Shown: one piece after another, positions 37,920 to 48,727 of the stretch
Numbering within the stretch: the stretch's first letter is position 1
Layout: each line of letters starts with the position of its first letter
Origin: Promethearchaeota archaeon
GTDB taxonomy: Archaea; Asgardarchaeota; Lokiarchaeia; Sigyniarchaeales; SOKP01
Direction of reading: 5' to 3'
Length of the DNA: 64,000 bases
Assembly (NCBI GenBank): GCA_048937405.1
Contig: JBHLNF010000004.1
Location: 229,125 to 293,124, forward strand
Position numbers and translations under genes: made by a program
Notes under the pieces: generated by a model
Told to the model about the DNA's origin: nothing
The model's input: the letters and a program-made list of their open reading frames with translations, nothing else
The model's database searches: none

Positions 37920-39251
37920 TTGGTAAGACCTCCGACAGAAAAGAATATTTGTCTTCGGTGTAAAGGTGCCCGACTATTATGTGGGAAAAAAACTTGCCCA
38001 ATTCTATTAAAGAAATCTGTAATGAAATCATTAGTACCCTTTGAATTAGATAAAACTAGAAGAGATATAGAAGTATTTGGAGCAAGTCCTCCTGGATTTT
38101 TTGTTGGGCGTTTTAATTATCCAAATGTATACTTAGGACCACTAGTACCATTTCAAGAATTTGAGATCGGACTTAATATTTCTGACTATCATATTCTAGA
38201 TGCTCCTGAACTGTGGTATGGAAAGAAAATGGTTGATGTTATTCGATATAGGAGTAGTTTAGTGAGGAGTAATTTTAAAACAAATGTGTTTATAGGTCGA
38301 AAGTCAAGAAAAAGTACACCTTCCTTAAAAACTCAAAAACTCCTAGAAACATCACAAGAATTATCGATGGCTGCGAGACCTGTCGATACAGAAACTAAAC
38401 TGGAAAGAGTGAATCTGAGAATGATGATGGATAATCATGCCTTACCAATGGGACCTTCTGGAATAACTGAAAGAATTGAAATTACTGAAAATACAAAAGT
38501 TCATCCTCAAGTGGAATACTGTGTTTCAGATACAGATTTAAAAGCCTCTAAAGCCGTTTCTGAAAATCTTTATTTTAAAGGACATGTTCCTGAATCAACA
38601 ATTAAAAGAGTATTTTCAGCTGGACTATTAGGTGAGAAAAATAAACGTAGAATTGTTCCTACAAGATGGACGATAACTGCGGTTGATGATATAATATCCA
38701 AAGCTTTAATTCAAGAAATTAAAAAATTTCCAGAAATAAATGATTACAGGATCTTTGAAGCAACTTATCTCGATAATCATTTTAAGATTCTATTATTTCC
38801 AGGAAAATTCATTTATGAGATGAATGAAGTCTGGGCTCCTAATACCTTATGGAATATTTCTTTAGATGGTAATAATCGTAATTTGAAACCACAGATAATG
38901 ACTGATTTCGAATTTTATAATGGAAGAAAATCCTATGCTAGCAATATAACTGGAGCTTATTATGCGGCGAGGAAGTCGGTTTGTGAGTATCTTTATAAAA
39001 TAAGAAGACAAGCGAGAGTTTTAATTTTTCGAGAGGTTTCTGGGGGTTATGTCGTCCCACTTGGTGTGTGGGTTATTAGATCGACTGTTGAGAATGCGAT
39101 GTTTACACAAGATCCTGTCATCTTAGATAATTTCAACGATTCGCTAAAAAATATGGCAGAGGGATTCATGGTTGATTATAAATATTGGAAAAAAAGTAGT
39201 AAAATAATTAATTTCATTAAAACTCAAAAAACTTTAGATAGGTTCTTATAG
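37920..39251 (+). CDS. nreA: Archaeal DNA repair protein, Nre family
   Basis: CLRCKG...CGKKTCP, VPTRWTITAVD and GAYYAAR motifs, with a C-terminal PIP box QKTLDRFL. Confidence 0.92.
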   Translation: MVRPPTEKNICLRCKGARLLCGKKTCPILLKKSVMKSLVPFELDKTRRDIEVFGASPPGFFVGRFNYPNVYLGPLVPFQEFEIGLNISDYHILDAPELWYGKKMVDVIRYRSSLVRSNFKTNVFIGRKSRKSTPSLKTQKLLETSQELSMAARPVDTETKLERVNLRMMMDNHALPMGPSGITERIEITENTKVHPQVEYCVSDTDLKASKAVSENLYFKGHVPESTIKRVFSAGLLGEKNKRRIVPTRWTITAVDDIISKALIQEIKKFPEINDYRIFEATYLDNHFKILLFPGKFIYEMNEVWAPNTLWNISLDGNNRNLKPQIMTDFEFYNGRKSYASNITGAYYAARKSVCEYLYKIRRQARVLIFREVSGGYVVPLGVWVIRSTVENAMFTQDPVILDNFNDSLKNMAEGFMVDYKYWKKSSKIINFIKTQKTLDRFL

Positions 39252-39561
39252 ATTTCTCATTCAAATTATGAAAATTATTTCATGATTATTGATATACATG
39301 CTTATCCTTTTTCTAAAGAAATTACTTGGAACGATATAAATAGGATATCAAATGCAATTCTATTTTTCTTACCCAAGAAGTTCCTAGTTTCAATAATTCT
39401 TTCTTTTAATTCTTCTATTTTATTCATCTTTTTCTTTTATTTTCAATAGTCGATTAGTTTAAAAATTATCTACACTATTTTAAATCAAACAATTTGATTT
39501 CAGAAATGTTCTCTCTTACATTTCTGTAAAATATCTTATTAAAGTAAATTAGAAAATAATT

Positions 39562-40764
39562 ATGTTATCTAAACCCATAGTATATTGGGCATCTCCAATT
39601 GAGGTAGCTGCTATGCCTAATACCTCAAAGAATATGGTTACTAATAATTTAGTGAAGACTAGGCTTATCTTAGATAAAATTTTAGACCATATTAAACCTG
39701 GTGATAAAGTAGGAGTAAAGGTTCATGTTGGGGAAGCACAAAATACACGTTATTTACGTCCTGACTATGTTCGTGAAGTAATAACTGCTATTAAAGCCAA
39801 AGAAGGAAAACCTACTCTTATTGAAACTCAAGGACTTGGAAATAATATTGAAAACATTGGAATATGTGAAGATTATTCTATATGCGTTGGTCATCGGAAA
39901 AATATTAAAGATCATAAAAAAATAGCAGAACTCCATGGATATTCAGAGACAGTAGCTGGTGCACCGCTCTTCTTCATCGATGGAGATGAAGGGATCGATA
40001 GAAAAGTTATTCAAATAGAAGGAATTCATTTTAAAGAGGTTTCTGTAGCAAAAAATTTATTTAAATTTGATAAATTAGTAATAATTTCTCATTTTAAGGG
40101 ACATCCTCAAGCGGGATTCGGAGGTGCTCTAAAAAATTTAGGAATTGGATGCGTTTCTAAGAGAAATAAGTATTTAGCTCATTTAGATGGACTATTAAAA
40201 GTAAATATAAAAAAATGTGATCTATCATTATGTCAGCAAGAGTGTGTTAACGCATGTCCAGTGAATGCTATTAAAGTTGACAATGAACATGCTATAATTG
40301 ATACATCTCTCTGTTATGGATGTTCCCGTTGTATGCGAAAATGTCCTGTTGAAGAAGCAATAAAAGGATCACAAATGAGAAATGTTCCTGATTTTGTCGA
40401 GAGGTTTATAGATAATGCCATGGCTGTTTTAAGCTTTGGACCTGAAAAAATTCGTTATATTAATTTTGCAATTGATATTCCAGCTATGTGTGATTGTGTT
40501 CCAAATGCTAGTGTACCAGTGGTACCAGATCTTGGGATTTATGGATCAACTGATCCTGTAGCCATTGATAAAGCTTGTATTGATGCTGAAACAGATGCTC
40601 CAGGACTTCCTTTCTTAAATAAGGATGGAGAATGGACTAAACCACTTGAAGTAGGGATTGAAAAATTCAAAACTTTAAACCCTATGGTAGATCCAGTATT
40701 TCAGTTCAATGCTGCTGTTAGGAATAAACTTGGGTCTATAGACTATGAACTTGTAAAAATATAA
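39562..40764 (+). CDS. DUF362 family Fe-S protein with an inserted ferredoxin domain
   Basis: VKVHVGE, SHFKGH, GGALKNLGIGC, CxxCxxC and DPVAIDKAC motifs. Confidence 0.88.
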   Translation: MLSKPIVYWASPIEVAAMPNTSKNMVTNNLVKTRLILDKILDHIKPGDKVGVKVHVGEAQNTRYLRPDYVREVITAIKAKEGKPTLIETQGLGNNIENIGICEDYSICVGHRKNIKDHKKIAELHGYSETVAGAPLFFIDGDEGIDRKVIQIEGIHFKEVSVAKNLFKFDKLVIISHFKGHPQAGFGGALKNLGIGCVSKRNKYLAHLDGLLKVNIKKCDLSLCQQECVNACPVNAIKVDNEHAIIDTSLCYGCSRCMRKCPVEEAIKGSQMRNVPDFVERFIDNAMAVLSFGPEKIRYINFAIDIPAMCDCVPNASVPVVPDLGIYGSTDPVAIDKACIDAETDAPGLPFLNKDGEWTKPLEVGIEKFKTLNPMVDPVFQFNAAVRNKLGSIDYELVKI

Positions 40765-40788
40765 AAATCAATTGTTTTTATTTTTGAT

Positions 40789-41568
40789 TTATTCATCTAT
40801 TGGATTATTGAATAAATTTCCAAAAAGATTAACTCTCCCACTAACAATTCCTCTTGAAAGATACATAAATGGAGTATCTATGATACCAAAAAACCATTTA
40901 GTTAAAAGCTGCCCCAAAATTAATGGCCAAAGAGGTAATAAGCCACCAAAAGCTATACTTACGAAAATAAAACTATCCAGTGCTAGTGTAGGTATATCAC
41001 TAAAGACATTTCTTATCCATAGATTTTTGTCTTTAGTTAATATTTTGAATTTAGCATATAAGAGTGCATCAAGATTTTCTGAAATTAAAAATGCAATCCA
41101 AGAAGCAGCAGTTATTCTTAAGGTTGATCCAAAAATGTTTAACCAAAACTGTTGAGCTTCTCCAGGGTCGCTACTCCATTCATATCCCCAGAAAGAGGCA
41201 GCTGATATTTCTATACTAAACCAAATAAAAATTAACATTAGGATTTGAGTAATAAATGCTATTAATATCATTCTATGGGTTTTTTTTTGGCCAAAATTTT
41301 CATTTACCATATCTGTTATTTGAAATGTAAAAGGGAATATCAAAACGGCTACTGGAGCTGTGATTTCAAAATTTCCGATACTAAAATCTCCAATCTTTGC
41401 TGCTAAAATTTGCGACATTGTAATAAATAAAATATACAAAGCAATAGCAACATCCTCTCTTTGATAAATTTTAACATATTGACTAATAAAAATTGTTGCA
41501 GCAAAAATAATAATAATCCATACAAGTAATATTAACCACATTCTTATCACATTTATTAATTTATACAA
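40789..41568 (-). CDS. Queuosine precursor (preQ0/preQ1) transporter, VUT/YhhQ family
   Basis: AAKI, FPFTFQITDMVNE, LWIRN, DSFIF and DTPF motifs. Confidence 0.88.
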   Translation of the reverse strand: MYKLINVIRMWLILLVWIIIIFAATIFISQYVKIYQREDVAIALYILFITMSQILAAKIGDFSIGNFEITAPVAVLIFPFTFQITDMVNENFGQKKTHRMILIAFITQILMLIFIWFSIEISAASFWGYEWSSDPGEAQQFWLNIFGSTLRITAASWIAFLISENLDALLYAKFKILTKDKNLWIRNVFSDIPTLALDSFIFVSIAFGGLLPLWPLILGQLLTKWFFGIIDTPFMYLSRGIVSGRVNLFGNLFNNPIDE

Positions 41569-41783
41569 TCCCTATCTGAACTGTTTTAAAATTAAATTAT
41601 AATATACTGTTGATTATTGGAAAAATTATAAAGTTTATTTCTCAAATTTCTGCTAAATAAGAGATCTAATTTTTGAGAGACTAATGCTACAGATTTTCTA
41701 CTATATTAGAATGTTTAATTTTAAAAGTCTAATCTCTCATTTATTACTCAATTAATTTTAAATAAAAAGAAAATGGAATAATA

Positions 41784-44700
41784 ATGAAAATTTGCAGATA
41801 TAAAACTCTCGTTACATCCTTTCTCATAATAGCATTTGCTTTACAATTTTATAATGTTTGTATTATCTACTCTAATATCACTGATTTGCAAAAAAAGTCT
41901 GTGGGAATTTATCCTCAATCAATTGATCGTACTGGAAAAGATTTTAGTAATTTAACTACCTTCATTGAAAATTGTTATATCAACAAAGATAATCCCGGAT
42001 TAAATTTTCAACCAAGTGTTTTCATACCAAATTATAATATCTCGTATGCTAAATTATATTTTGAAAACATTACTGCTTTAAATTATACAAGAAACATCGA
42101 AACTGAACCATCAGAATATATCCTAAGTTATTCTGAAACAGAACCAATCTATGTTTACCAAAAATTTTCAGTTGAAACAGATCAATATATAAATAATATT
42201 AGCATCTTTATTCAAGATATAATTGACGAAGATTATTATTCGGATGAGAATTCATGGGAAGTTTCTATAGTTAATTGTTCAAATGACTTTCTAGGTACAC
42301 CCAACTCAATCGGAATTTTAGGAACTCTACAAAAACCGCACCCAAATGATATGGCTGCTCATTGGGAAGTCTTTAATTTTAAGAATGCTGGTAATGGACC
42401 AATATTTTTAAATACCTCCAAAACAAATTCGACAATTGTAAAAGATATTACGAACTATTGGTTTGCAATAAAAATTAAAATACCCCCAAATGACTGGAGA
42501 ACTGGAGGAGGTACAAAATTTCTTTATATAAATCAAGATAGTAATGATCCAAATGACATAGGAGAGGGAGAAACTTTTGCTCAGTCTCCCCAATTTATCA
42601 ATCTAAGTTATAATATTGATGAAGTAAAAGAATATTTTATTGGAAATGGTACAATATTAAAAGAAGATCCCGATTCATTAAATACTTTTGATAATAATAG
42701 ACTTTTAATAAATAGTACATTTATTAGTGAAATTGGACCGCCCGTCAAAAACAACTCAATAATATGGTTTACTATAAGACTTGAAGTTGATAATTTAACA
42801 AATTCAGAATATACTTGGGATGATTTAAAGAATTTAAGGCATGATAAACCATACGAGTGGCGAAATATTTTAAACGGTATCATCTTTAGTATAAATTTTA
42901 GGCTTGTTATAAATGTTAGTGATTCTAATCTTATCTTCTTTGATTATTTGAGTTGGTTGAATCCAGATAAAGGAAATTATGATGGTATTTCTTCAAAGCA
43001 TTTAAATATTTCAAGTAAAGATGAATATTTACAAGATTATACTTTAATAAATCCTGAGGAAAAACTTGAAGCAATACAACACATGGATACTTCAGCTAAT
43101 GGAAATAATTCTATTGAATTTTTATTTATTTATGTTGGTGCTATGAATGATACTCATGATTATAAAGTCTCAATAAATTTGTTAAACATTGAAATTGGAG
43201 AAATTAAAACTATTCAAACAATACAAAAATACGATCCAATTGTTCATGATTTACATTATTGTAATAATGTAACTCTACTAAATAGTACTTTTAATCCTTC
43301 AAACAATGAAATTCTTGAATCAATTAAAGAAAATGATAATGAATTCTTAGAAGTGGAAGGGGATCCAGAATCAACTACGACGATTATCAATTTTAAATTT
43401 AATATATTAACAGACTTGGATAATTCCTTATGGGACGTGGACGATCCTATAGTGTGGATATTTAATTTACCTAATCCTAGAATATACCAGATAGACTTTC
43501 GAATTAGTTCCAATGTCAGCATTCAAGATCCCTTAAATTTAACGTACGCAGCTTTAGAAGTTTATAATGGTGGAGATTTTGCTCCATTTAATGAATTGGA
43601 ATGGATTTCGTTTTCAGATAATAAAACATTTGCCGATATCGGTGAAAATACCAAAATATTGCCTCTTGATTCTTTCTATTCATGGTATATAATGCATTTA
43701 ATTAATGAAAGTGATAATAATTCTTTAAAAGTACGGCTTCGATTTGTAGGAAATGGTAGTTTTCATACTATAAATGTATCGATTGATGAATTTACCCTTA
43801 ATTTTCATGTTCAGAATGCATTTTCATCAGATATTACCTCTAAAATTGGATTTGGAATTAATAATGATAATTTGAAACCATCTGACATTTTTATGAAAAA
43901 TTTTGGTACTAATATTTCAGATGATGTAGTTGGTAAAGGCATTTGGGAAGGAAATATCGATGACGCAGTCATTTCTCCTCAAGAACCTTTTGAATTCAAT
44001 GTGACTTCACGCTGGCCTATTATAAGATTTAATGTAAATATTACCTATCAGGTCTTTAAAATAATACCCTATATTGAATTCATTGATGAAATTCCTCCTT
44101 TTTATAAGACAGATAAGAATAGTAACTTTTATGTTAGAGTTACTGAAGCAAATGGTAAACCTCTAAATAAATTTGATATTATTTTTGAATTAGTAAATTC
44201 AAAGAATATTACCATTTTTGACACTACAGGAAGTTCTAATGAACAAGGGATTGCATTCGCTTCAATTAATTTTGAAAATACAGGGGAAGGATTTTTTATT
44301 CGCGCTAGGTATGCTGGAGAAAGTTTTTATACAAATGCTAAAGAATCCTCAGATTATTTCCGGGTTGTTAATGACTACATACTTTTCATGGAGGATTTTC
44401 TTAGATTTTTGCCTTACATGATAATTGGATTAGCTGTAATAGTTTCAGTTGTGACTGTAAGACAATATCGACACATACAATTACGCAAGAGTTGGGCCAA
44501 AGATGCTACGATTTTGGATGATTTACTAAAGACTTCATATATTATGATTATTCATAAGGAGGCAGGAGTTTCAATTTATGGTAAAAAAATCTCTTTAGAT
44601 CTTGATGTTGATTTAATTTCTGGTTTTTTACAAGCAATTTCTGCTTTCAGGAGTGAAATTAAAAAGGAGGAAGTTACTACAACAGAGCGAAGAGGATTTG

Positions 44701-45152
44701 AAATGGATTACTATGATTTTAAAATAGTAATAACTGATGGTGAGTTTGTTCGAGTAGCGTTAATATTAGATGGTATTCCTTCTGAAAAACTAAAAGAAAA
44801 TCAGTGGTTATTTACCGATGAATTTGAGAAGAGATATATCCCCATTCTAATGGATTTTGATGGTGATATAACACCATTTAGAGAAGCTGATGACTTGATC
44901 CAAAAACATTTCAATATCACCCTAGTTTATCCTCTTCAATTAGGAAAACAATATGAACTTATTAAAGTGAAAGGATTAGAAAAAGCTCTAATAGAAGTTG
45001 CCGAGCAAATTCAGAAAGAAAGAAAATTCTTCTTTACTTCGAGTCTACTGAATTACGCTTTAGCTGGGAGAAAAGCATCTAGAGACGAAATAATAAGTGT
45101 TATTATAGATCTAAAGAGAAAAGGATTGATAATTCCAGCAGATATTGAATAA
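41784..45152 (+). CDS. Large single-pass surface protein with cytoplasmic longin-like and winged-helix domains
   Basis: Signal/anchor peptide, about 850 aa Asn-rich beta ectodomain, TM helix at about 44406-44460, IMIIHKEAGVSIY...LISGFLQAISAFRSE, and a terminal wH-like segment. Confidence 0.7.
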   Translation: MKICRYKTLVTSFLIIAFALQFYNVCIIYSNITDLQKKSVGIYPQSIDRTGKDFSNLTTFIENCYINKDNPGLNFQPSVFIPNYNISYAKLYFENITALNYTRNIETEPSEYILSYSETEPIYVYQKFSVETDQYINNISIFIQDIIDEDYYSDENSWEVSIVNCSNDFLGTPNSIGILGTLQKPHPNDMAAHWEVFNFKNAGNGPIFLNTSKTNSTIVKDITNYWFAIKIKIPPNDWRTGGGTKFLYINQDSNDPNDIGEGETFAQSPQFINLSYNIDEVKEYFIGNGTILKEDPDSLNTFDNNRLLINSTFISEIGPPVKNNSIIWFTIRLEVDNLTNSEYTWDDLKNLRHDKPYEWRNILNGIIFSINFRLVINVSDSNLIFFDYLSWLNPDKGNYDGISSKHLNISSKDEYLQDYTLINPEEKLEAIQHMDTSANGNNSIEFLFIYVGAMNDTHDYKVSINLLNIEIGEIKTIQTIQKYDPIVHDLHYCNNVTLLNSTFNPSNNEILESIKENDNEFLEVEGDPESTTTIINFKFNILTDLDNSLWDVDDPIVWIFNLPNPRIYQIDFRISSNVSIQDPLNLTYAALEVYNGGDFAPFNELEWISFSDNKTFADIGENTKILPLDSFYSWYIMHLINESDNNSLKVRLRFVGNGSFHTINVSIDEFTLNFHVQNAFSSDITSKIGFGINNDNLKPSDIFMKNFGTNISDDVVGKGIWEGNIDDAVISPQEPFEFNVTSRWPIIRFNVNITYQVFKIIPYIEFIDEIPPFYKTDKNSNFYVRVTEANGKPLNKFDIIFELVNSKNITIFDTTGSSNEQGIAFASINFENTGEGFFIRARYAGESFYTNAKESSDYFRVVNDYILFMEDFLRFLPYMIIGLAVIVSVVTVRQYRHIQLRKSWAKDATILDDLLKTSYIMIIHKEAGVSIYGKKISLDLDVDLISGFLQAISAFRSEIKKEEVTTTERRGFEMDYYDFKIVITDGEFVRVALILDGIPSEKLKENQWLFTDEFEKRYIPILMDFDGDITPFREADDLIQKHFNITLVYPLQLGKQYELIKVKGLEKALIEVAEQIQKERKFFFTSSLLNYALAGRKASRDEIISVIIDLKRKGLIIPADIE

Positions 45153-45188
45153 ATTTTAAAACTAATTTTTTTTTTTTTGATTCATTAT

Positions 45189-45218
45189 ATATATCAATTT
45201 ATAATATATCAATTTATA
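45189..45218. repeat. 15-bp tandem duplication ATATATCAATTTATA x2
   Basis: Exact copies at 45189-45203 and 45204-45218. Confidence 0.75.
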
Positions 45219-45327
45219 AAATTAATTTTACTAAAGGGAATTTGGAATTAAAAAAATTGACATTGAGAATATCATAAAACTGATTTCACGTTTTATTAAT
45301 GGAGATATATACGCTTTACCTATAGAA

Positions 45328-46545
45328 ATGCGAAAGAACACTAAAATCGTCCATTACCATAATGAAATAGTTCGATATTGGAGTAAATTAAATTTTATTC
45401 TAAAGAGATGCCTCATTGATTCAGAATCTCCAGATGTTGATAAACTCTCTCAATATCTATATGTTACCTTCAGAATTATATGGGAACACTCCTCTGAAAA
45501 GAAAATTCTAAGTGAGATAAGAGATATAGATAAAGAGTTCTTAAAAAGAATCAAAACTTTTTCATGGGATAAAGCTCTTATTCATAAAACTGAAAAAGAA
45601 CAACTAAGTATTTTAACCGCAACACCAACTTTTATGATAAATCAACTCTTAAATGTAATGGATATCGATTTTCTTAAAGGTAATCTTGACTTTATGAACG
45701 GATTAGGAAAACACATTAAGATCACCATGAGAATTAACAAAATTCACGAAAATGTAAATTTTCAGAGCTTATTAACACAGATTCAAAAAAATCTTAAAAA
45801 TAATAAAGTAAATCATCATCAAGATCTTAATATTCCCGAATTACTATGGATACCAATCTCCCAGAAGAATAGAGTAATTAAAAATTCTTCATATCAAGAT
45901 GGGAATTTAATTTTTCAAGATAAAGCTTCCGCGGCTGTTGTTCAAGTCATATCACCAAAACAAGAAGATAAGATTTGCGATATGTGTGCTGCTCCAGGAA
46001 TAAAAACAAGTTTAATTGCTCAATATATGAAAAATAAAGGGTATGTTATAGCAGGAGAATTTCTTCCTAAACGAGCGGAAATTATGAGAATACTACTTAA
46101 GAAATTAAAAGTTTTAAATGTATACATTTTAAATACAGATAGCATAGTTTTTCCCATTCGATTTCAAGAATATTTTGATTACATTTTACTAGATGCTCCT
46201 TGTACAGGATCAGGAGCTTTTTTAGCTACTCCTGAGCTAAAATGGCGACAAAATAGAAGTTTCTTACAGCAAAATATAACCTTACAAAAGAAATTACTTG
46301 AAAGTGCAATTTCTATGTTAAAACCGAATGGTGTTTTAGTGTATTCTACTTGTAGTCTTTATCCAGAGGAGGGTGAATATCAAATCTTAGAATTTAAAGA
46401 TCAACTTGAGCCATTGGATTTACCAAAATGGTTTTCTCCTAGTTATAAAATTACTAATAATTGCATTCAAGGAACGGGAAGATTATTTCCTGCGGTTCAT
46501 CATACTCAAGGTTTTTTCATAGGAAAATTCAAAAAAAAAGGATGA
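45328..46545 (+). CDS. RsmB/NOP2-family RNA m5C methyltransferase
   Basis: QDKAS, DMCAAPGIKT, DAPCTG and YSTCS motifs; the frame is open back to 45235. Confidence 0.92.
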   Translation: MRKNTKIVHYHNEIVRYWSKLNFILKRCLIDSESPDVDKLSQYLYVTFRIIWEHSSEKKILSEIRDIDKEFLKRIKTFSWDKALIHKTEKEQLSILTATPTFMINQLLNVMDIDFLKGNLDFMNGLGKHIKITMRINKIHENVNFQSLLTQIQKNLKNNKVNHHQDLNIPELLWIPISQKNRVIKNSSYQDGNLIFQDKASAAVVQVISPKQEDKICDMCAAPGIKTSLIAQYMKNKGYVIAGEFLPKRAEIMRILLKKLKVLNVYILNTDSIVFPIRFQEYFDYILLDAPCTGSGAFLATPELKWRQNRSFLQQNITLQKKLLESAISMLKPNGVLVYSTCSLYPEEGEYQILEFKDQLEPLDLPKWFSPSYKITNNCIQGTGRLFPAVHHTQGFFIGKFKKKG

Positions 46546-47363
46546 TTAATCCCCTCATGTCAAAAAGAAAATTTTGGACCGTTGGTCAGATTGATGCCAC
46601 TGGTGTACGAGGTCCTCATGAAAAAGAGCTTGAAGATATAAGTAAGTCTAAATATCCACTTTTCATAGACTTAGATATTAACATTCTAAAAGATATAGTG
46701 AATAATGAATTAGGAGGTAAAATTGAGAATATTGGCTTTAGTGAGGATTGGACAATTACTATTGAAATGTTTCCAGAAGTTAATATTCATATGGCTTATT
46801 CATATTTGGGAGATGAGTTTGGGGATGATATTGAGGCTGAATTTAAGTATTATTTTTCTGGTGATCATGTAACTTGGGTTCCTGGTGAAGATAGTGCGAC
46901 TTTTATTGATATTATTATGGATTTTATAGAGCGGCAATTGAAAAATAAAGAAACTTTTGAAAAAGATTATGATAAAAAAACAGAATTGATGGAAAAAGTA
47001 TTAGAACAGAGAAATGAACCCTTCTCCCTTCTAAAAGAGGAAGATAAAAACGAATTAGCTGAATTTATAGGAGGAAAGGTGTGGAAAACCACAGAAGGAT
47101 GGCGAATGAAGCGAGAATTTTTTCCTCAAATGTTTATAGAACTTATTTGGGATAAAGAAATAGGTCTTGATATTTTCTTTTCAGGAGAAAAATTAACCAA
47201 AATTAGTAGTTATCATGCGGAATTTATTGGAATTTTCCTAATCAATCACATTCTTCGATTTATTACAAGTAAGAATGAAAATCAAAAACTTCCCGATATA
47301 TGCTATATCATGTTTTCAAGATTATACACAAAAGAAAAAGGATGGGAGCATAGAACAAGATAA
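46542..47363 (+). CDS. Hypothetical protein with two DUF3786-like repeats
   Basis: Repeated GGK...W...(M/F)FP pattern; ATGA overlap with the upstream stop. Confidence 0.45.
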   Translation: MINPLMSKRKFWTVGQIDATGVRGPHEKELEDISKSKYPLFIDLDINILKDIVNNELGGKIENIGFSEDWTITIEMFPEVNIHMAYSYLGDEFGDDIEAEFKYYFSGDHVTWVPGEDSATFIDIIMDFIERQLKNKETFEKDYDKKTELMEKVLEQRNEPFSLLKEEDKNELAEFIGGKVWKTTEGWRMKREFFPQMFIELIWDKEIGLDIFFSGEKLTKISSYHAEFIGIFLINHILRFITSKNENQKLPDICYIMFSRLYTKEKGWEHRTR

Positions 47364-47414
47364 ATATTCACTTTAAGATAAGATACCTATCCAAAATAGG
47401 GCAATATAAGATTT

Positions 47415-48515
47415 TTACTTGCTCTCTTTAAACTTTTTGATTTCACTATCAAGAATTTTTAAGAATTGTTCTAACATTGGAATTAGCTGTAAATAACCTT
47501 CAAGAAGTATTTTTATTCGTTCATATCCATTCAAATTCTGTAATTCTTCCTTATTTTCTTTAAATTCTTTAATAATATCTTCTAATTCAGGCTTCCATTT
47601 TTCAAAAAAATTGAACCATTTTCTAAATCTTTTCAAATAAAATAAAGGAATTGAATTTATTTGGTAATAAGGTTTTCGTATTCCTTTTATTTTCACTTTT
47701 TCTATTAAATTCATTTCAATTAGAAATTTTAATGCTTGAGAGATATAACCTGCTGACAGATCAGTTAATTTACGTAACTCTCCTTGTGTAAGTTTTTTCC
47801 GTAATGTAAGATATGATAATATTTTTGTATAATCTTCATTATAAATTATAAAACCAAAGGTTTCACATGGTATTCTTACAAGTTCTAACTCTATATCATT
47901 TACAGTCAAATTAGATAAACTCTCTTCGATCTCTTGATAAATATTTTTTTCTATTTTCTTTTCTTTTACATCAGGACTAAAATTTTTAAATAAGTTTAAA
48001 TAGTATTTCCAAAAATCTACTAATTCTTTCACTCTTAGCAAAAGTGTAGGGTAAATTTTAGATTTTGCTCTTTCTTGTCTGTTAAGATTTGTCAAATATG
48101 TTAATTTTTGACTAAAAAAATCGATCATTTGATGTATTACATTTATTCCTAAATCTGCTCCTTCAATCATAATATTAACAATAGACCCATCGAAAGAATA
48201 AACATATGTATATTGCTTATCAATTAAAACTCTCTCTCTTTTAAGAATTGGAAAATTATTACTTAAAAAATTTAAATAAGAAGAGATTTTACCACGTGAG
48301 ATCCCTCTCTTTGATCCCTTTATATAAAATTCGTGAGAAAGTTGATGTATTTGTGCTTGAGTTAATTTTTGATGCAGGAGTAAATATGCTAAAATATGAG
48401 ATTCAATTTCAGTTCGTTTAGTTTTACCTCCATCAACAACATAATTTATGAAGGTTTCTTCAATTTCTCTGATCCGACCTTCATATATTATATTTTCTAA
48501 TTCATTCTTTTCCAT
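47415..48515 (-). CDS. Tandem winged-helix (GbsR/MarR-like) transcription regulator
   Basis: Two repeats: ILAYLLLHQKLTQ...ISRGKIS and ILSYLTLRKKLTQ...LSAGYIS. Confidence 0.78.
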   Translation of the reverse strand: MEKNELENIIYEGRIREIEETFINYVVDGGKTKRTEIESHILAYLLLHQKLTQAQIHQLSHEFYIKGSKRGISRGKISSYLNFLSNNFPILKRERVLIDKQYTYVYSFDGSIVNIMIEGADLGINVIHQMIDFFSQKLTYLTNLNRQERAKSKIYPTLLLRVKELVDFWKYYLNLFKNFSPDVKEKKIEKNIYQEIEESLSNLTVNDIELELVRIPCETFGFIIYNEDYTKILSYLTLRKKLTQGELRKLTDLSAGYISQALKFLIEMNLIEKVKIKGIRKPYYQINSIPLFYLKRFRKWFNFFEKWKPELEDIIKEFKENKEELQNLNGYERIKILLEGYLQLIPMLEQFLKILDSEIKKFKESK

Positions 48516-48534
48516 TTTTTCATCTGTAGTAAAT

Positions 48535-48696
48535 TTTCAAAAAAATTGAAACACTTCTCAATAATAAAATGGCAAGTGTAATATTTAAGTTTTTTATGAG
48601 TCTTTATTGTTCAAGAATAATGAAGTTTCATGATTTGTGAAATATTTAAATACTAAGTCTTACTTACTATTATTAATCATTTCATTAATAATGAAA
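48535..48696. promoter_or_regulatory. Four TTCA-N7-TGAA palindromes in the divergent promoter
   Basis: Copies at 48535-48551, 48610-48624, 48626-48642 and 48680-48696; TATTTAAATA at 48643-48652. Confidence 0.7.
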
Positions 48697-48727
48697 CTTT
48701 ATAGATTTTGAAAAAAATTTTAAAGCG

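Noticed and set aside
46461-46541. Extended overlap or frameshift between RsmB and the downstream gene at an A-run
   Set aside because: An ATGA start/stop overlap at 46542 explains the junction.
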